A stretch of 17,732 nt of DNA from Vulcanimicrobiales bacterium (lineage in GTDB: Bacteria > Vulcanimicrobiota > Vulcanimicrobiia > Vulcanimicrobiales > Vulcanimicrobiaceae). The translations under genes were made by a program, and so were the position numbers. The notes beneath the pieces are model-generated. The model saw nothing but the letters and a program-made list of their open reading frames with translations, made no database searches and had not been told where the DNA came from. This document shows positions 1 to 9,088 of the stretch, in pieces; the first letter of the stretch is position 1, and each line of letters starts with the position of its first letter. The DNA lies in the NCBI GenBank assembly GCA_038231455.1, contig JBBRLI010000038.1, positions 1 through 17,732 of the forward strand, read 5' to 3'.

Positions 1-437
1 ATACGCAGTTTCGTGTTGTTCTTGGGGTTCATCACGGCGCGCCAAGTGAAGCGGATATCGCGTGCGTCGTACGGCGCGCCGTCGGCCCACTGCATACCGT
101 GTCGCAGGCGCAGGGTGATCGTCTTATTGTCTTTGCTGATCCCGCCGTTTGCGTAGGTCGGGATCTCGCGCGCCATCTCCGGAACGAGTTCGCCGTGCGG
201 ATCGAGCCGAAAGACAGGCGCGAAGAGCATGTTTGCGACTTCGTCCGTCGCCGCGGTATGCGAGAAGAGTTGATTGAGCGAGTCGGGTTCATCCGAATAA
301 CCGATGCGCACGACGTTCGGAATCGACCATGCGTGCCGGCCGCCGCTCGACGTCCCGGTATCACCGATGCGCGAACACGCCGTCGTCGCGAGCAGACCGA
401 AGGCGAGGGAAAAAGCGGCGATGCGCCGTGCGATCAT
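1..437 (-). CDS. Peptide ABC transporter substrate-binding lipoprotein, family 5 (OppA/DppA-like); N-terminal part only, runs off the window start
   Basis: Not in the ORF track because there is no stop in the window. Manual translation from ATG at 437 gives MIARRIAAFSLAFGLLATTAC-SRIG..., a lipoprotein signal peptide, then EPDSLNQ, GELVPEMA, ISKDNKTITLRLRHGMQWADGAPYDARDIRFTW, matching the family-5 SBP signature. ATGA overlap with the upstream gene's stop (434-437). Confidence 0.9.
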   Translation of the reverse strand, partial: MIARRIAAFSLAFGLLATTACSRIGDTGTSSGGRHAWSIPNVVRIGYSDEPDSLNQLFSHTAATDEVANMLFAPVFRLDPHGELVPEMAREIPTYANGGISKDNKTITLRLRHGMQWADGAPYDARDIRFTWRAVMNPKNNTKLR

Positions 438-1495
438 ACTTGTAGCACCTTTGTCTTTTCGATGGCGGGGGCGATCGCGTCGTAGAACGCGTGTGGTCCG
501 TAGCGGACGAGATCGTCGACGGGCAGATGCGTTTGCGCCTTCGCATCGGCGATCGCCGCCTGTGCTTCGGCATCGCTCATCCCAACCGTATTGAGAGCGA
601 TGCCGACGATCTTTGCCGGTTTCACGGTGCTGCAAAGACTCTCGTATAAGCGGATCAACTCGCGATACGAGAGGAGCGGCACGCCGTAACCTTCGATCTC
701 CGTGCGTTTGCAGAGATGGACGAGGACGAGCGCATCGGGCGCGCTTCCGAAGAGGAGCGCAAGCGTCACCGGCGCGTACGCCGGATGATTGATGCCGCCT
801 TGCCCTTCCACCACGAGCAAGTCGCCGGCGCGCCGTTCTCCTTCGAGCACGAGTTGTTCGGCCGCGCCCGGTGCGAAGTCGGCGATGACGCGATCGATCG
901 ACGTCCCCCAACCGGCGATGGCGATCCCCGTTTGTCCGGTCGGCACGAAGACGGCGTTGATACTCCGGTCGCGCGCCGCACGCACGATCTCAAGCGATGC
1001 CGTCATTTTCCCGACCGCGCAATCGCTGCCGACGGTGAGGAGAATCTTTGCTTCGATGTCGTACGCGGCACCCGAGAAGAGCGGCGCGGCGGGCGGTAAA
1101 CGCAGATCCCAAATGCGCGTGTCGTGTTCGCCTGCAAGGTCGCGAAATTCGGTGTCATCGCCGAGAAAATCGTGCAGACCGCTGACGACCTCGAGCTTCG
1201 CGCGGATCGCCGCGGCAACTTCGGCGCGCCATTCGGGCGGAAGCGCTCCGCCCGGCGGTGCCGTTCCGATCAAGAGGCTCGTCGGCCGGAACTCCAACGC
1301 ATCGGCGACGCTCGCGACGATCGGCGCGTCGGAATCGAGATACGGGACGACCTGCCGCACGGTTTTTCCGGCGTGGTCGGGATCGACGACCGCAACGGTG
1401 AGGTCGGTCGAATACGCGATCACGCCGTGTGCGGTCTTCGCCCCACGCGTTGCAAATTGATGGAGTGCGAGAACGACGTAGCGGCGATCGATCAT
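434..1495 (-). CDS. DUF1611 family P-loop protein (DgcN-like, putative D-glutamate N-acetyltransferase)
   Basis: Start taken at ATG 1495 (MIDRRYVVL), which overlaps the upstream stop (ATGA 1492-1495). Motifs AKTAHG, VVSGLH, TVGSDCAVGKMT, FVPTGQTGI, VEGQG and LLFGSAPDALVLVH are typical of DUF1611, a family usually adjacent to dipeptide epimerases. Confidence 0.88.
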   Translation of the reverse strand: MIDRRYVVLALHQFATRGAKTAHGVIAYSTDLTVAVVDPDHAGKTVRQVVPYLDSDAPIVASVADALEFRPTSLLIGTAPPGGALPPEWRAEVAAAIRAKLEVVSGLHDFLGDDTEFRDLAGEHDTRIWDLRLPPAAPLFSGAAYDIEAKILLTVGSDCAVGKMTASLEIVRAARDRSINAVFVPTGQTGIAIAGWGTSIDRVIADFAPGAAEQLVLEGERRAGDLLVVEGQGGINHPAYAPVTLALLFGSAPDALVLVHLCKRTEIEGYGVPLLSYRELIRLYESLCSTVKPAKIVGIALNTVGMSDAEAQAAIADAKAQTHLPVDDLVRYGPHAFYDAIAPAIEKTKVLQV

Positions 1496-2502
1496 CGCGC
1501 GACCTTCGCCGTTTCGTTCACGCCAAGACCGGGACCGTTGGGGAGGACGATCTTGCCGCGATCGTACGTGATGCCGGTAAACGGATCGCTTGCGGTCAGA
1601 AACGGCCCATCGAGATCGGCCCAATCGACGAGCGGCGAAATTTGCGCCGCGGCGGTGGTGAGGATTTGACTTTCGAGCATACAGCCGAGCATGATCTTGA
1701 AACCAAGCGCCCGCGCGACGTGCACCATTTCGAGCGCCGCACGAATGCCGCCGCACTTGACGAGTTTAATGTTGATCCCATCGACGCAACCGATGAGTTT
1801 TGGTAAATCGCGCGCGTCGATCGAATCCTCATCCGTGATGATTGGGATCGAGGAACGCTCGCGAATGTAGCGCAGCTTTTCGGGGGAGCCGGCTGGGATC
1901 GGCTGTTCGCAGAATTCAATGTCGTACTTAGCGAGTTCCGCAAGCATCGCGACGCTCGACTCGGGCGTCCAGCCTTCGTTTGCATCGACGCGAATCGTGC
2001 CCGTATAGACGGCGCGGATCGCGGCAATTGTCTCGATCTCGCTGCCTTTGCCGAGCTTGACTTTGATAACGGGATGATCGCCGACTTCGCGCGTCTTTGC
2101 GACCATCGTCGGGATCGTATCGATGCCGATCGTGAACGAGGTAAGCGGCGTGCGCGCGGGATCGAGGCCGAAGAGCTGCCAGAGCGGACGACCGAGATCT
2201 TTCCCGATCCAGTCATGCAGCGCGATATCCAGGCCGCAGCGCTGCGCGGGCGTCCAGCCAGCGAGCAACGCTTCGAGCCGATACGGATCCTGGCTATCGA
2301 GCGCGTGCGCGGCGTATCCGGCGCGAACGCTTTCCACCGTTTCGTCGTAGCGCTTGGACGGTGCCGTTTCACCGAGGCCTTCGATGTCGCGAAAGTTCAG
2401 CCGGACAACCGCGGTTTTTGCGGTTGCCTCCGTACTGCGCGCAATCGTAAAGGCATGCTTGAGCGGAAGTTCGAGGGCATCGACCTGCAGCGTGAGGCTC
2501 AC
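1492..2502 (-). CDS. Enolase-superfamily L-Ala-D/L-Glu epimerase / N-acetyl-D-Glu racemase (YcjG/YkfB/DgcA-like)
   Basis: Likely GTG start at 2502 (VSLTLQVDALELPLKHAFTIAR). Catalytic motifs IKVKLG (KxK), VDANE, EQP, DE, NIKL, GCMLE and DLDG are all present. Confidence 0.9.
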   Translation of the reverse strand: MSLTLQVDALELPLKHAFTIARSTEATAKTAVVRLNFRDIEGLGETAPSKRYDETVESVRAGYAAHALDSQDPYRLEALLAGWTPAQRCGLDIALHDWIGKDLGRPLWQLFGLDPARTPLTSFTIGIDTIPTMVAKTREVGDHPVIKVKLGKGSEIETIAAIRAVYTGTIRVDANEGWTPESSVAMLAELAKYDIEFCEQPIPAGSPEKLRYIRERSSIPIITDEDSIDARDLPKLIGCVDGINIKLVKCGGIRAALEMVHVARALGFKIMLGCMLESQILTTAAAQISPLVDWADLDGPFLTASDPFTGITYDRGKIVLPNGPGLGVNETAKVAR

Positions 2503-2563
2503 GGCCCGAGCTTCCGCGCGCCACGCGCAGGTCCTCGCCCGCAGGCGCTTGCAACATCGGGCG

Positions 2564-4039
2564 ATGGCATATCGACGGGCTCTGGTTTGGATGCGGCGCG
2601 ACCTGCGCTTAGGCGACAATACGGCACTACACGCGGCAGCACAAGAAAGCGAAAGCCTCGCTTGCGCATTCGTGCTCGATCCGACCTTATTGCGCGGCGA
2701 ACGCGTCGGCGCGCCCATCGTGCAGTTTTTCTTCGATTCCCTTGCCGAACTGCGCGAACGTTTGCAAGGAGCTGGTTCGGATCTCGCGCTGCTCGAAGGC
2801 GATTTTGCAACCGAGCTGATCGCGTATGCAAAACGGATCGGCGCCGATGCGGTCTTCTATAATTCCGACACCGAACCGACCGCCGTCGCGCGCGACCGGC
2901 GCACCGAAACGGCGTTCAAAAACGCTGGCCTCGCGGTCCATGCGTTCGTCGATCAAGTGTATTTCGAAGCGAATGCCGTCATGGCGCAAACCGGCAAACC
3001 GTACACGGTCTACACACCTTACCGACGGCGCTGGGAAGCGCTCTATCACGAGCACCGCAAGTTGCCCGTGCCCTCGGAGGTGGCGAGCGCGCCGAAACTC
3101 GTCCGTGCAAACGAACTTGGCGAGACGCGCGCGGTGCCGAAACCTGAAGAGTACGGCCATATCTCCTCGGACCGTTATCCGCGCGGCGGTGAGCGGCGCG
3201 CAACGCTCTTGCTCGCGGAATTCATGGAGAAGCACGCCGCGCGGTACCTCGACGATCGCAACACACCGGCGCTCCCGGGGACGTCGTTCCTCTCCCCGCA
3301 CTTGCGCGCGGGCACGATCGGAATCCGCGCGTGTGTGGAAGCGGCGACCAGCGCAAAGACGGGCGTTTTCAAACACGCTCTTGCGAGCATCGACGGTTGG
3401 ATCGGCGAACTCATTTGGCGCGATTTCTATCACCAAATTCTCGTACATCAGCCCAAGGTCGCCTTCGAGCCATTCGTCGAGGCCGCCAAACGCCTGAAAT
3501 ACCGCACCAACGACGTCGAGTATAGGGCGTGGTGCAATGGCGCGACCGGGTACCCGATTGTTGATGCCGCAATGATTCAGCTCAACACGACCGGCTGGAT
3601 GCACAACCGTTTGCGCATGATCGTCGCATCGTTTCTCACCAAGCACCTCTTCATGGATTACCACCTCGGCGAGCGCTACTTCGAACAGCGCCTCGCGGAT
3701 GCGGATTTGGCCGCGAATAACGGCGGCTGGCAGTGGTCCTCATCGACCGGAACGGACGCCGCGCCGTATTTCCGCATTTTCAACCCGACGATGCAAGGCA
3801 AGACGTTCGATCCCGAGGGGACCTTCGTGCGCGAGATGATCCCCGCGCTTGCCAAGCTCCCCAGCAAGTTCGTGCACGAACCTTGGTTGCTGCCGCCACT
3901 TATTGCTGCCGGACTGGGTTTTGAACTCGGGCGCGACTATCCCGAACCCATCGTCGATCATCGCGAGGCCCGCGAACGTGCACTCGCGTCCTTTACGCCC
4001 GTACTCGGAAAGAAAAGCGGCAAATCTGTCAAGACTTGA
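2564..4039 (+). CDS. phrB: Deoxyribodipyrimidine photolyase (class I CPD photolyase)
   Basis: ATG 2564 (MAYRRALVWMRRDLRLGDNTAL). Motifs PYTVYTPY, TSFLSPHLRAG, ELIWRDFY, GYPIVDAAM...GWMHNRLRMIVASFLTK, DADLAANNGGWQW and APYFRIFNP. Confidence 0.95.
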   Translation: MAYRRALVWMRRDLRLGDNTALHAAAQESESLACAFVLDPTLLRGERVGAPIVQFFFDSLAELRERLQGAGSDLALLEGDFATELIAYAKRIGADAVFYNSDTEPTAVARDRRTETAFKNAGLAVHAFVDQVYFEANAVMAQTGKPYTVYTPYRRRWEALYHEHRKLPVPSEVASAPKLVRANELGETRAVPKPEEYGHISSDRYPRGGERRATLLLAEFMEKHAARYLDDRNTPALPGTSFLSPHLRAGTIGIRACVEAATSAKTGVFKHALASIDGWIGELIWRDFYHQILVHQPKVAFEPFVEAAKRLKYRTNDVEYRAWCNGATGYPIVDAAMIQLNTTGWMHNRLRMIVASFLTKHLFMDYHLGERYFEQRLADADLAANNGGWQWSSSTGTDAAPYFRIFNPTMQGKTFDPEGTFVREMIPALAKLPSKFVHEPWLLPPLIAAGLGFELGRDYPEPIVDHREARERALASFTPVLGKKSGKSVKT

Positions 4040-4054
4040 CGGCAGTGGGATAAT
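4026..4054 (+). promoter_or_regulatory. Putative sigma70-type promoter for the 6S-like RNA
   Basis: CTGTCA (4026-4031), 17-bp spacer, then GATAAT (4049-4054) with an extended -10 TG at 4046-4047. Predicted start near 4060-4061, just before the structured RNA. Confidence 0.5.
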
Positions 4055-4067
4055 CACAGAGCGATAA

Positions 4068-4245
4068 CGACTGCGGCTGCTCGCGCAGATACCCCGGTGT
4101 TGGACCAACGCTAAAACCTAGGGAGCACAAGCTCCGGATACGATTGGCGTGATCGACGGGCAACCGTTGATACCTAAGCGCCCGGGCCGCACCCACCTGC
4201 GAGATCGCAGGTTCTCACCAGGTATATAGACGGCAATTGCGGTCG
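4068..4245 (+). ncRNA. ssrS: 6S RNA (SsrS)
   Basis: About 178-nt intergenic rod. The closing stem CGACTGCGGCTGC (4068-4080) pairs with GCAATTGCGGTCG (4233-4245), and ATACC..GGTG pairs with CACC.GGTAT. There is an A-rich central bubble (GACCAACGCTAAAACCTAGGGAGC), an apical stem TCGACGG-GCAA-CCGTTGA with a GNRA loop, and a 3'-bubble hairpin CACCCACCTGCGAGATCGCAGGTTC resembling Firmicutes-type 6S RNAs. Recognised by eye, no covariance search run. Confidence 0.8.
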
Positions 4246-4260
4246 AAGTCGCGCCTCTTC

Positions 4261-4296
4261 AAAAAGACGTTCGCTTATGAAGCGAGCGTCTTTTTT
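4261..4296. terminator. Bidirectional intrinsic terminator between the 6S RNA and the convergent TIM-barrel gene
   Basis: AAAAAGACGTTCGCTT-ATG-AAGCGAGCGTCTTTTTT: a 16-bp inverted repeat with one G-T position, an A-tract on the left and a T-tract on the right. It overlaps the stop codon of the minus-strand gene. Confidence 0.8.
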
Positions 4297-4994
4297 GCTG
4301 CGGCGATGCGCAGGGCTCGCACGGCGGCGGCCAGCGGTGCCCACGCATCGCTCGAATCGCCTGCGGGTGCCTCGACGATCGTCCAGCCTAAGAATGCGCT
4401 CGAAGCGACGAGTTCGGCATCGGCTTCGCTTGCGAGTGCGAGGACGATGCGGTCGCGACCGCCGAGGGTATCGCTTGCGATGTCGGCGGCGGGAACGGCG
4501 TAGCGCAGCCACGCGGAATCCACATCTTTGACGAGGTGACGGAGTTCGGCTAGATCGTTTGCGATCGAACCCGCGCGCGGTTGGCAAGCGAGCGTCACGG
4601 TCGCGCCCTTGGCTTGCGATGCGGCGGATTTCGCCAGCTTGACCGTCGCGTTGAAATCCGCCGGCGGCACTTCGCCCGGATTGCCGACCGCACAGAGAAT
4701 CATCGGCGTCCCGAGTGCGACCGCGATCCGTAGCGTCTCGGTGCGTTCGGCATCCGTTCGTTCGAGTGCGAGAAACGTCGTATCGTGAACGGCGACCGGC
4801 GTGAGGCCAAGGTCGACGGTGACTTTTTTACACTGCGCGAGGTAATCGGCGTCGGTCCGCGGCAGGTGCGCGAGTTCGTACACGATCCCATCGAGCCCCA
4901 GGTGTGCCGCGGACTGCTCGATCCACTCGAGCTGCGTGATCGCAAGCGTCGTAAGAAGTCGATCGAGCGTCAAACTCGAAGCGGCAAGTTTCAT
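4275..4994 (-). CDS. Xylose-isomerase-like TIM-barrel protein (AP endonuclease family 2 / sugar phosphate isomerase-epimerase fold), apparently degenerate
   Basis: ATG 4994 (MKLAASSLTLD), 239 aa. The pattern LGLDGI, DLGL, IAVALG, VTLA, VDS..L, GWTIVE fits this family, but several metal ligands appear to be missing. Confidence 0.7.
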   Translation of the reverse strand: MKLAASSLTLDRLLTTLAITQLEWIEQSAAHLGLDGIVYELAHLPRTDADYLAQCKKVTVDLGLTPVAVHDTTFLALERTDAERTETLRIAVALGTPMILCAVGNPGEVPPADFNATVKLAKSAASQAKGATVTLACQPRAGSIANDLAELRHLVKDVDSAWLRYAVPAADIASDTLGGRDRIVLALASEADAELVASSAFLGWTIVEAPAGDSSDAWAPLAAAVRALRIAAAKKTLAS

Positions 4995-5048
4995 CGCATC
5001 GGCGGTTCGCCCGCTTGCGAGCGTCCCCTGGCACCACACGGACACGAT

Positions 5049-5291
5049 ATGACGATCGACAAGAATTTCTGGGGCTCCGTGATCCCGCTGATCGCAATTG
5101 CGATCACGCTGGCGGAGTTTCTCTACGACCACACGCAGCCGCGCTGGCACAGCCCCTGGTTTTGGGCCGGTTTGCTCGCAACGGTCGCGCTCCTCATCGC
5201 GGTCCAAGTGCTGCGACGCCGGACGCCGAAGAACGCACCGCCACCTATTGGCGGCTCCGGCCAAACCGTCATCACCCGACTCCCGAAGTAG
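5049..5291 (+). CDS. Small hypothetical membrane protein (80 aa, two predicted TM helices)
   Basis: ATG 5049 [24 protein letters not shown]...[23 protein letters not shown]: two hydrophobic segments followed by a basic stop-transfer. Ends 7 bp before glyA. Confidence 0.7.
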   Translation: MTIDKNFWGSVIPLIAIAITLAEFLYDHTQPRWHSPWFWAGLLATVALLIAVQVLRRRTPKNAPPPIGGSGQTVITRLPK

Positions 5292-5298
5292 GAACCGC

Positions 5299-6546
5299 AT
5301 GCAACTCCTCGATCAAAGCGTCCTTGCTAGTCAAGATCCCGAGCTTTATGCTGCGATCGAACGCGAAGAGAAGCGGCAACGCGACAACCTCGAGTTGATT
5401 GCATCGGAGAACTACGCCAGCCGCGCCGTGCGCGAAGCAACGGCAAGCGTGATGACCAATAAATACGCCGAGGGCTATCCGGGCCGTCGCTACTACGGCG
5501 GCTGCGAGTTCGTCGACATCGCCGAGACGCTTGCGATCGAACGGCTGCTCAAACTCTTTGGCGCGGACGCGGCAAACGTTCAGCCGCATGCCGGCGCGCA
5601 AGCGAACATGGCGGTGATGATGGCCGTGCTGAAACCGGGCGATACGATCATGGGCATGTCGCTTGCCCACGGCGGCCACCTCACGCACGGAACCAAAGTC
5701 AGTTACAGCGGCAAGATCTATAACGCCGTCGCGTATGGCGTGCGCAAAGATACCGACCTCATCGATTTTGACGAAATGCGCGCCGTTGCGCGCGAGCACA
5801 AACCCAAGATGATCATCGCGGGTGCGAGTTCGTATCCGCGCACGATGGACTATGCGCCCTTCCGTGAGATTGCCGATGAAATCGGTGCCCTCTTCCTCGT
5901 TGACATGGCGCACATCGCGGGCCTCGTTGCCGTGGGTCTGCATCCTTCGCCCGTGCCGTTTGCGGACTTTGTGACCTCGACGACGCACAAGACGCTGCGC
6001 GGACCGCGCGGCGGCCTGATTATGAGCAAAGCCGAGCACGCACAGGCGATCGATAAGAGCGTATTCCCCGGCATTCAAGGCGGACCGTTCATGAATGTGA
6101 TCGCCGCAAAAGCCGTCGCGTTTGGCGAGGCGCTCAAGCCGTCGTTCAAGGTGTATCAACAGCAAGTGATCGATAACGCGCGCGGGCTTGGCGAAGAGTT
6201 GCAGTCCGGCGGCGTGCGACTCGTCGGCGGCGGGACCGACACGCACATGGTCGTGGTGGACCTCTCACCGAAGAATCTCACCGGCAAAGACGTTGAGAAA
6301 TACCTCGATGAAATTCACATCACCGTCAATAAAAACGCGATCCCCTACGACACGCAAAAGCCAATGGTCACGAGCGGCATCCGCATCGGAACGCCGGCGA
6401 TCACCTCGCGCGGCTTTGGGATCGACGACGCGCGTGAAGTCGGGAAGATCATCGCCGAGGCACTCGATGACGTCGCGGCGCGCACGAACATTGATAAGCT
6501 GCGCGGCCGCGTGAGCGAACTGACCGCGCGCTTCGACGTACCGTAA
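5299..6546 (+). CDS. glyA: Serine hydroxymethyltransferase
   Basis: ATG 5299 after AGGA. Motifs [52 protein letters not shown] (PLP lysine) and SGIRIGTPA. Confidence 0.98.
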   Translation: MQLLDQSVLASQDPELYAAIEREEKRQRDNLELIASENYASRAVREATASVMTNKYAEGYPGRRYYGGCEFVDIAETLAIERLLKLFGADAANVQPHAGAQANMAVMMAVLKPGDTIMGMSLAHGGHLTHGTKVSYSGKIYNAVAYGVRKDTDLIDFDEMRAVAREHKPKMIIAGASSYPRTMDYAPFREIADEIGALFLVDMAHIAGLVAVGLHPSPVPFADFVTSTTHKTLRGPRGGLIMSKAEHAQAIDKSVFPGIQGGPFMNVIAAKAVAFGEALKPSFKVYQQQVIDNARGLGEELQSGGVRLVGGGTDTHMVVVDLSPKNLTGKDVEKYLDEIHITVNKNAIPYDTQKPMVTSGIRIGTPAITSRGFGIDDAREVGKIIAEALDDVAARTNIDKLRGRVSELTARFDVP

Positions 6547-6549
6547 ACC

Positions 6550-7779
6550 TTAGGCGAGCGGCGTAACGCTCGCGGCGGCTTTCTTCGCCTTCACGCGCGC
6601 CGCGTCGGTATCGTCGGCGCGTGCGACCGCCACGCCCATGCGACGGCGGATGAACGCTTCGGGCTTTCCGAAAAGCCTAATGTCGACGCCCGGGATCGAG
6701 AGTGCTTCGCGCACGCCTTCGTAACGGATCCCCGATGCTTCCATGCCGCCATAGATGACGGCACTCGCGCCCGGCCGCGCGAGCGTGACGTCGACCGGCA
6801 GACCGAGAATCGCGCGAGCGTGCAATTCGAATTCGCTCTGCCACTGCGTTGCAATCGTCACAAGTCCGGTATCATGCGGTCGCGGACTGACCTCCGAGAA
6901 CCAGACCATGTCGCCTTTCACAAACAGCTCGACGCCGAAAACGCCGCAACCGCCAAGATCATCGGTGACGGCTTTGGCGATCGCCTGCGCGCGTTCGAGC
7001 GCGGCCGGCGCCATTGCATGCGGCTGCCAGCTCTCGACATAGTCGCCATGAACTTGCACGTGGCCGATCGGGGCGCAGAAACGCGTTTCGCTGTTGCCGT
7101 GTGCATCGAGCGCACGTACGGTGAGCAGCGTGATCTCATAGTCGAAATCGATCGCGCCTTCGACGATCACGCGGCCCGCATCGACGCGGCCGCCTTTCGC
7201 CGCGCAATCCCAAGCCGCATCAATTCCCTCGGCCGAATCCACTTTGGATTGCCCTTTGCCCGACGATGACATGACGGGCTTGATGAAGCACGGGTAGCCA
7301 ATCTCGGCAACCGCTTCACGCAGCGCTTCAATCGAGCCGGCGAAACGGTACGCTGACGTTGGAAGGCCGAGTGTCTCCGATGCAAGTCGCCGGATGCGTT
7401 CGCGATTCATCGTCATTTGCACGGCGCGCGCGGTCGGAACGACCATCTGGCCCAGCGCTTCGAGTTCCGCTAACGTATCGGTTGCGATCGCCTCAATCTC
7501 CGGCACGATCAAGTCGGGCTTCTCGATCGCGATGACGCGCTTAAGCGATTCGGGATCGCTCATATTGATGACGTGCGCGCGGTGCGCCACTTGCTGCCCG
7601 GGGGCATTGGCGTAGCGATCGACCGCGATGACTTCAACGCCGAGTCGTTGCAGCGAAATAATAACTTCTTTGCCCAGTTCACCGCTACCGAGCAACATGA
7701 CACGCGTTGCCTTCGGGCTCAGCGGCGTCCCAATGACGGGATTGCTTCGGTCAAAAGATGGACTGAAGGATGTCGGCAT
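6550..7779 (-). CDS. purT: Formate-dependent phosphoribosylglycinamide formyltransferase (ATP-grasp)
   Basis: Motifs [67 protein letters not shown] and RLFGKP...RRMGV. AAGGGG RBS upstream. Confidence 0.97.
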   Translation of the reverse strand: MPTSFSPSFDRSNPVIGTPLSPKATRVMLLGSGELGKEVIISLQRLGVEVIAVDRYANAPGQQVAHRAHVINMSDPESLKRVIAIEKPDLIVPEIEAIATDTLAELEALGQMVVPTARAVQMTMNRERIRRLASETLGLPTSAYRFAGSIEALREAVAEIGYPCFIKPVMSSSGKGQSKVDSAEGIDAAWDCAAKGGRVDAGRVIVEGAIDFDYEITLLTVRALDAHGNSETRFCAPIGHVQVHGDYVESWQPHAMAPAALERAQAIAKAVTDDLGGCGVFGVELFVKGDMVWFSEVSPRPHDTGLVTIATQWQSEFELHARAILGLPVDVTLARPGASAVIYGGMEASGIRYEGVREALSIPGVDIRLFGKPEAFIRRRMGVAVARADDTDAARVKAKKAAASVTPLA

Positions 7780-7858
7780 AGCGCCCCTTAGACGACATGT
7801 GCCGGGAACCGGTTCCTACGAGGTATGGCGCGGGCGGACTGCTTAAAACAGGCCAGGT

Positions 7859-8518
7859 ATGGACAATCGATTGGTCGTCGTCGACCACCCCGCCGTCGCC
7901 GACCGTCTCGCGCGCTTGCGCGACCGCACGGCAACAACGCCCGTGTTTCGGACGCTAGTCGAAGAATTAGGTCTCTTTCTCGCCTATGAAGCGACGCGCG
8001 GTCTGATTTTGCGGGACGCGACGGTCGAGACTCCGCTTCAGCCAATGACCGCCAAGCGGATCGCAACGCGCCCCGTCGTGGCGCCGATCTTACGCGCGGG
8101 CCTCGGACTACTCCCCGGATTTTTGAGTGTCATCGACGATGCGGTCGTCGCACATCTCGGATTCTATCGCGATCCCAACACGCTCGTCGCCGTGCCGTAC
8201 TACGCAAACTTGCCGGATGAACTCGCCGAACGCGATGTCTTCTGCGTCGATCCGATGCTCGCAACGGGACACTCGGGATCGGCGGCAGTCGCGATGCTCG
8301 AGTCGCGCGGCGCGCGCAGCATTACGTTCGTCTGCATCATCGCCGCACCCGAAGGTGTGAAGTTTTTGCTTGACGCGCATCCGACGATCCGCATCGTCGC
8401 AGGCGCGCTCGACACGCATCTCAACGATCACGGGTACATCGTGCCAGGGTTGGGCGATGCCGGCGACCGTATGTTCGGGTCGACGAGTTCCGTCCCGGTA
8501 AGCGTTCGACCGACCTAA
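7859..8518 (+). CDS. upp: Uracil phosphoribosyltransferase
   Basis: Motifs LRD..T, VETPL, PILRAG, PRPP-binding loop VDPMLATGHS, AAPEG and YIVPGLGDAGDRMFG. Confidence 0.97.
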   Translation: MDNRLVVVDHPAVADRLARLRDRTATTPVFRTLVEELGLFLAYEATRGLILRDATVETPLQPMTAKRIATRPVVAPILRAGLGLLPGFLSVIDDAVVAHLGFYRDPNTLVAVPYYANLPDELAERDVFCVDPMLATGHSGSAAVAMLESRGARSITFVCIIAAPEGVKFLLDAHPTIRIVAGALDTHLNDHGYIVPGLGDAGDRMFGSTSSVPVSVRPT

Positions 8519-8590
8519 CGCACGTCGACGACCTCTCTTGCCTTACAACTCAGCCGTCTTACAACGTAACGAATCGGTCGGAGACACACA

Positions 8591-9088
8591 TTGAATCAGT
8601 CGGAAAATCTGTCCGGCCGCACGACGTTTTCACTTCCGGATTATCGTGCGATGCTCTCGGTGACGAGTCGGCGGCTCGGATTTACGCAAGCAAAGGCCTT
8701 CCGGTACTCGGCGCTCGTTGGAATTGCCGGGTTCTTCGATACCACGAATTGGTCGGCCGTGTCGATCGCCTTCGGTGTGGTTGCAATCGCTCTGTACGCC
8801 GGCGCTTTCTGGATTGGGAACCGGACCTCCAAAATTTGCGCGGATCACGATGTTGGCGTCGAGCAACAGTATTTGGTCGGCGAGGACGGCGTGACGATTC
8901 GCGAAGTTGACAGTGAAGCACGCTATGGCTGGTCGCATTTCGACGCCGCATTTGAATCGCCGACCGTTTTTGCGCTGCGACACGGAATCGCGAGTGTGAT
9001 CCTACCGCTGCGCGCGTTTTCTTCGAACGACGTGTCGCGCGTTCGCGCGCTCATCTCGACACATCTGACAATTGCCCCAATGAAGTAA
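8591..9088 (+). CDS. YcxB-family membrane protein
   Basis: TTG start 7 nt after GGAG. Two N-terminal TM segments, then the YcxB-like C-terminal pattern EDGVTI...RYGWSHF...ES...ILPLRAF. Confidence 0.72.
   Translation: MNQSENLSGRTTFSLPDYRAMLSVTSRRLGFTQAKAFRYSALVGIAGFFDTTNWSAVSIAFGVVAIALYAGAFWIGNRTSKICADHDVGVEQQYLVGEDGVTIREVDSEARYGWSHFDAAFESPTVFALRHGIASVILPLRAFSSNDVSRVRALISTHLTIAPMK

Noticed and set aside
2354-2718. Long N-terminal extensions of the photolyase and epimerase overlapping each other (likewise for glyA, the TIM barrel, DUF1611 and tagO)
   Set aside because: These come from longest-ORF calling in GC-rich DNA; family homology begins at the downstream starts given.
4174-4587. Protein-coding ORFs across the 6S/terminator region
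   Set aside because: They give Arg-rich, implausible translations overlapping the TIM-barrel gene and the structured RNA.
2687-6246. Long antisense ORFs (e.g. 2687..3664, 5272..6246) and other alternative-frame ORFs
   Set aside because: They are shadow ORFs opposite well-conserved genes, with no recognisable motifs, as expected at high GC.
7780-7858. ZTP (pfl) or purine riboswitch upstream of purT
   Set aside because: The gap is only 79 bp, is shared with the upp promoter, and shows no recognisable aptamer motifs on either strand.
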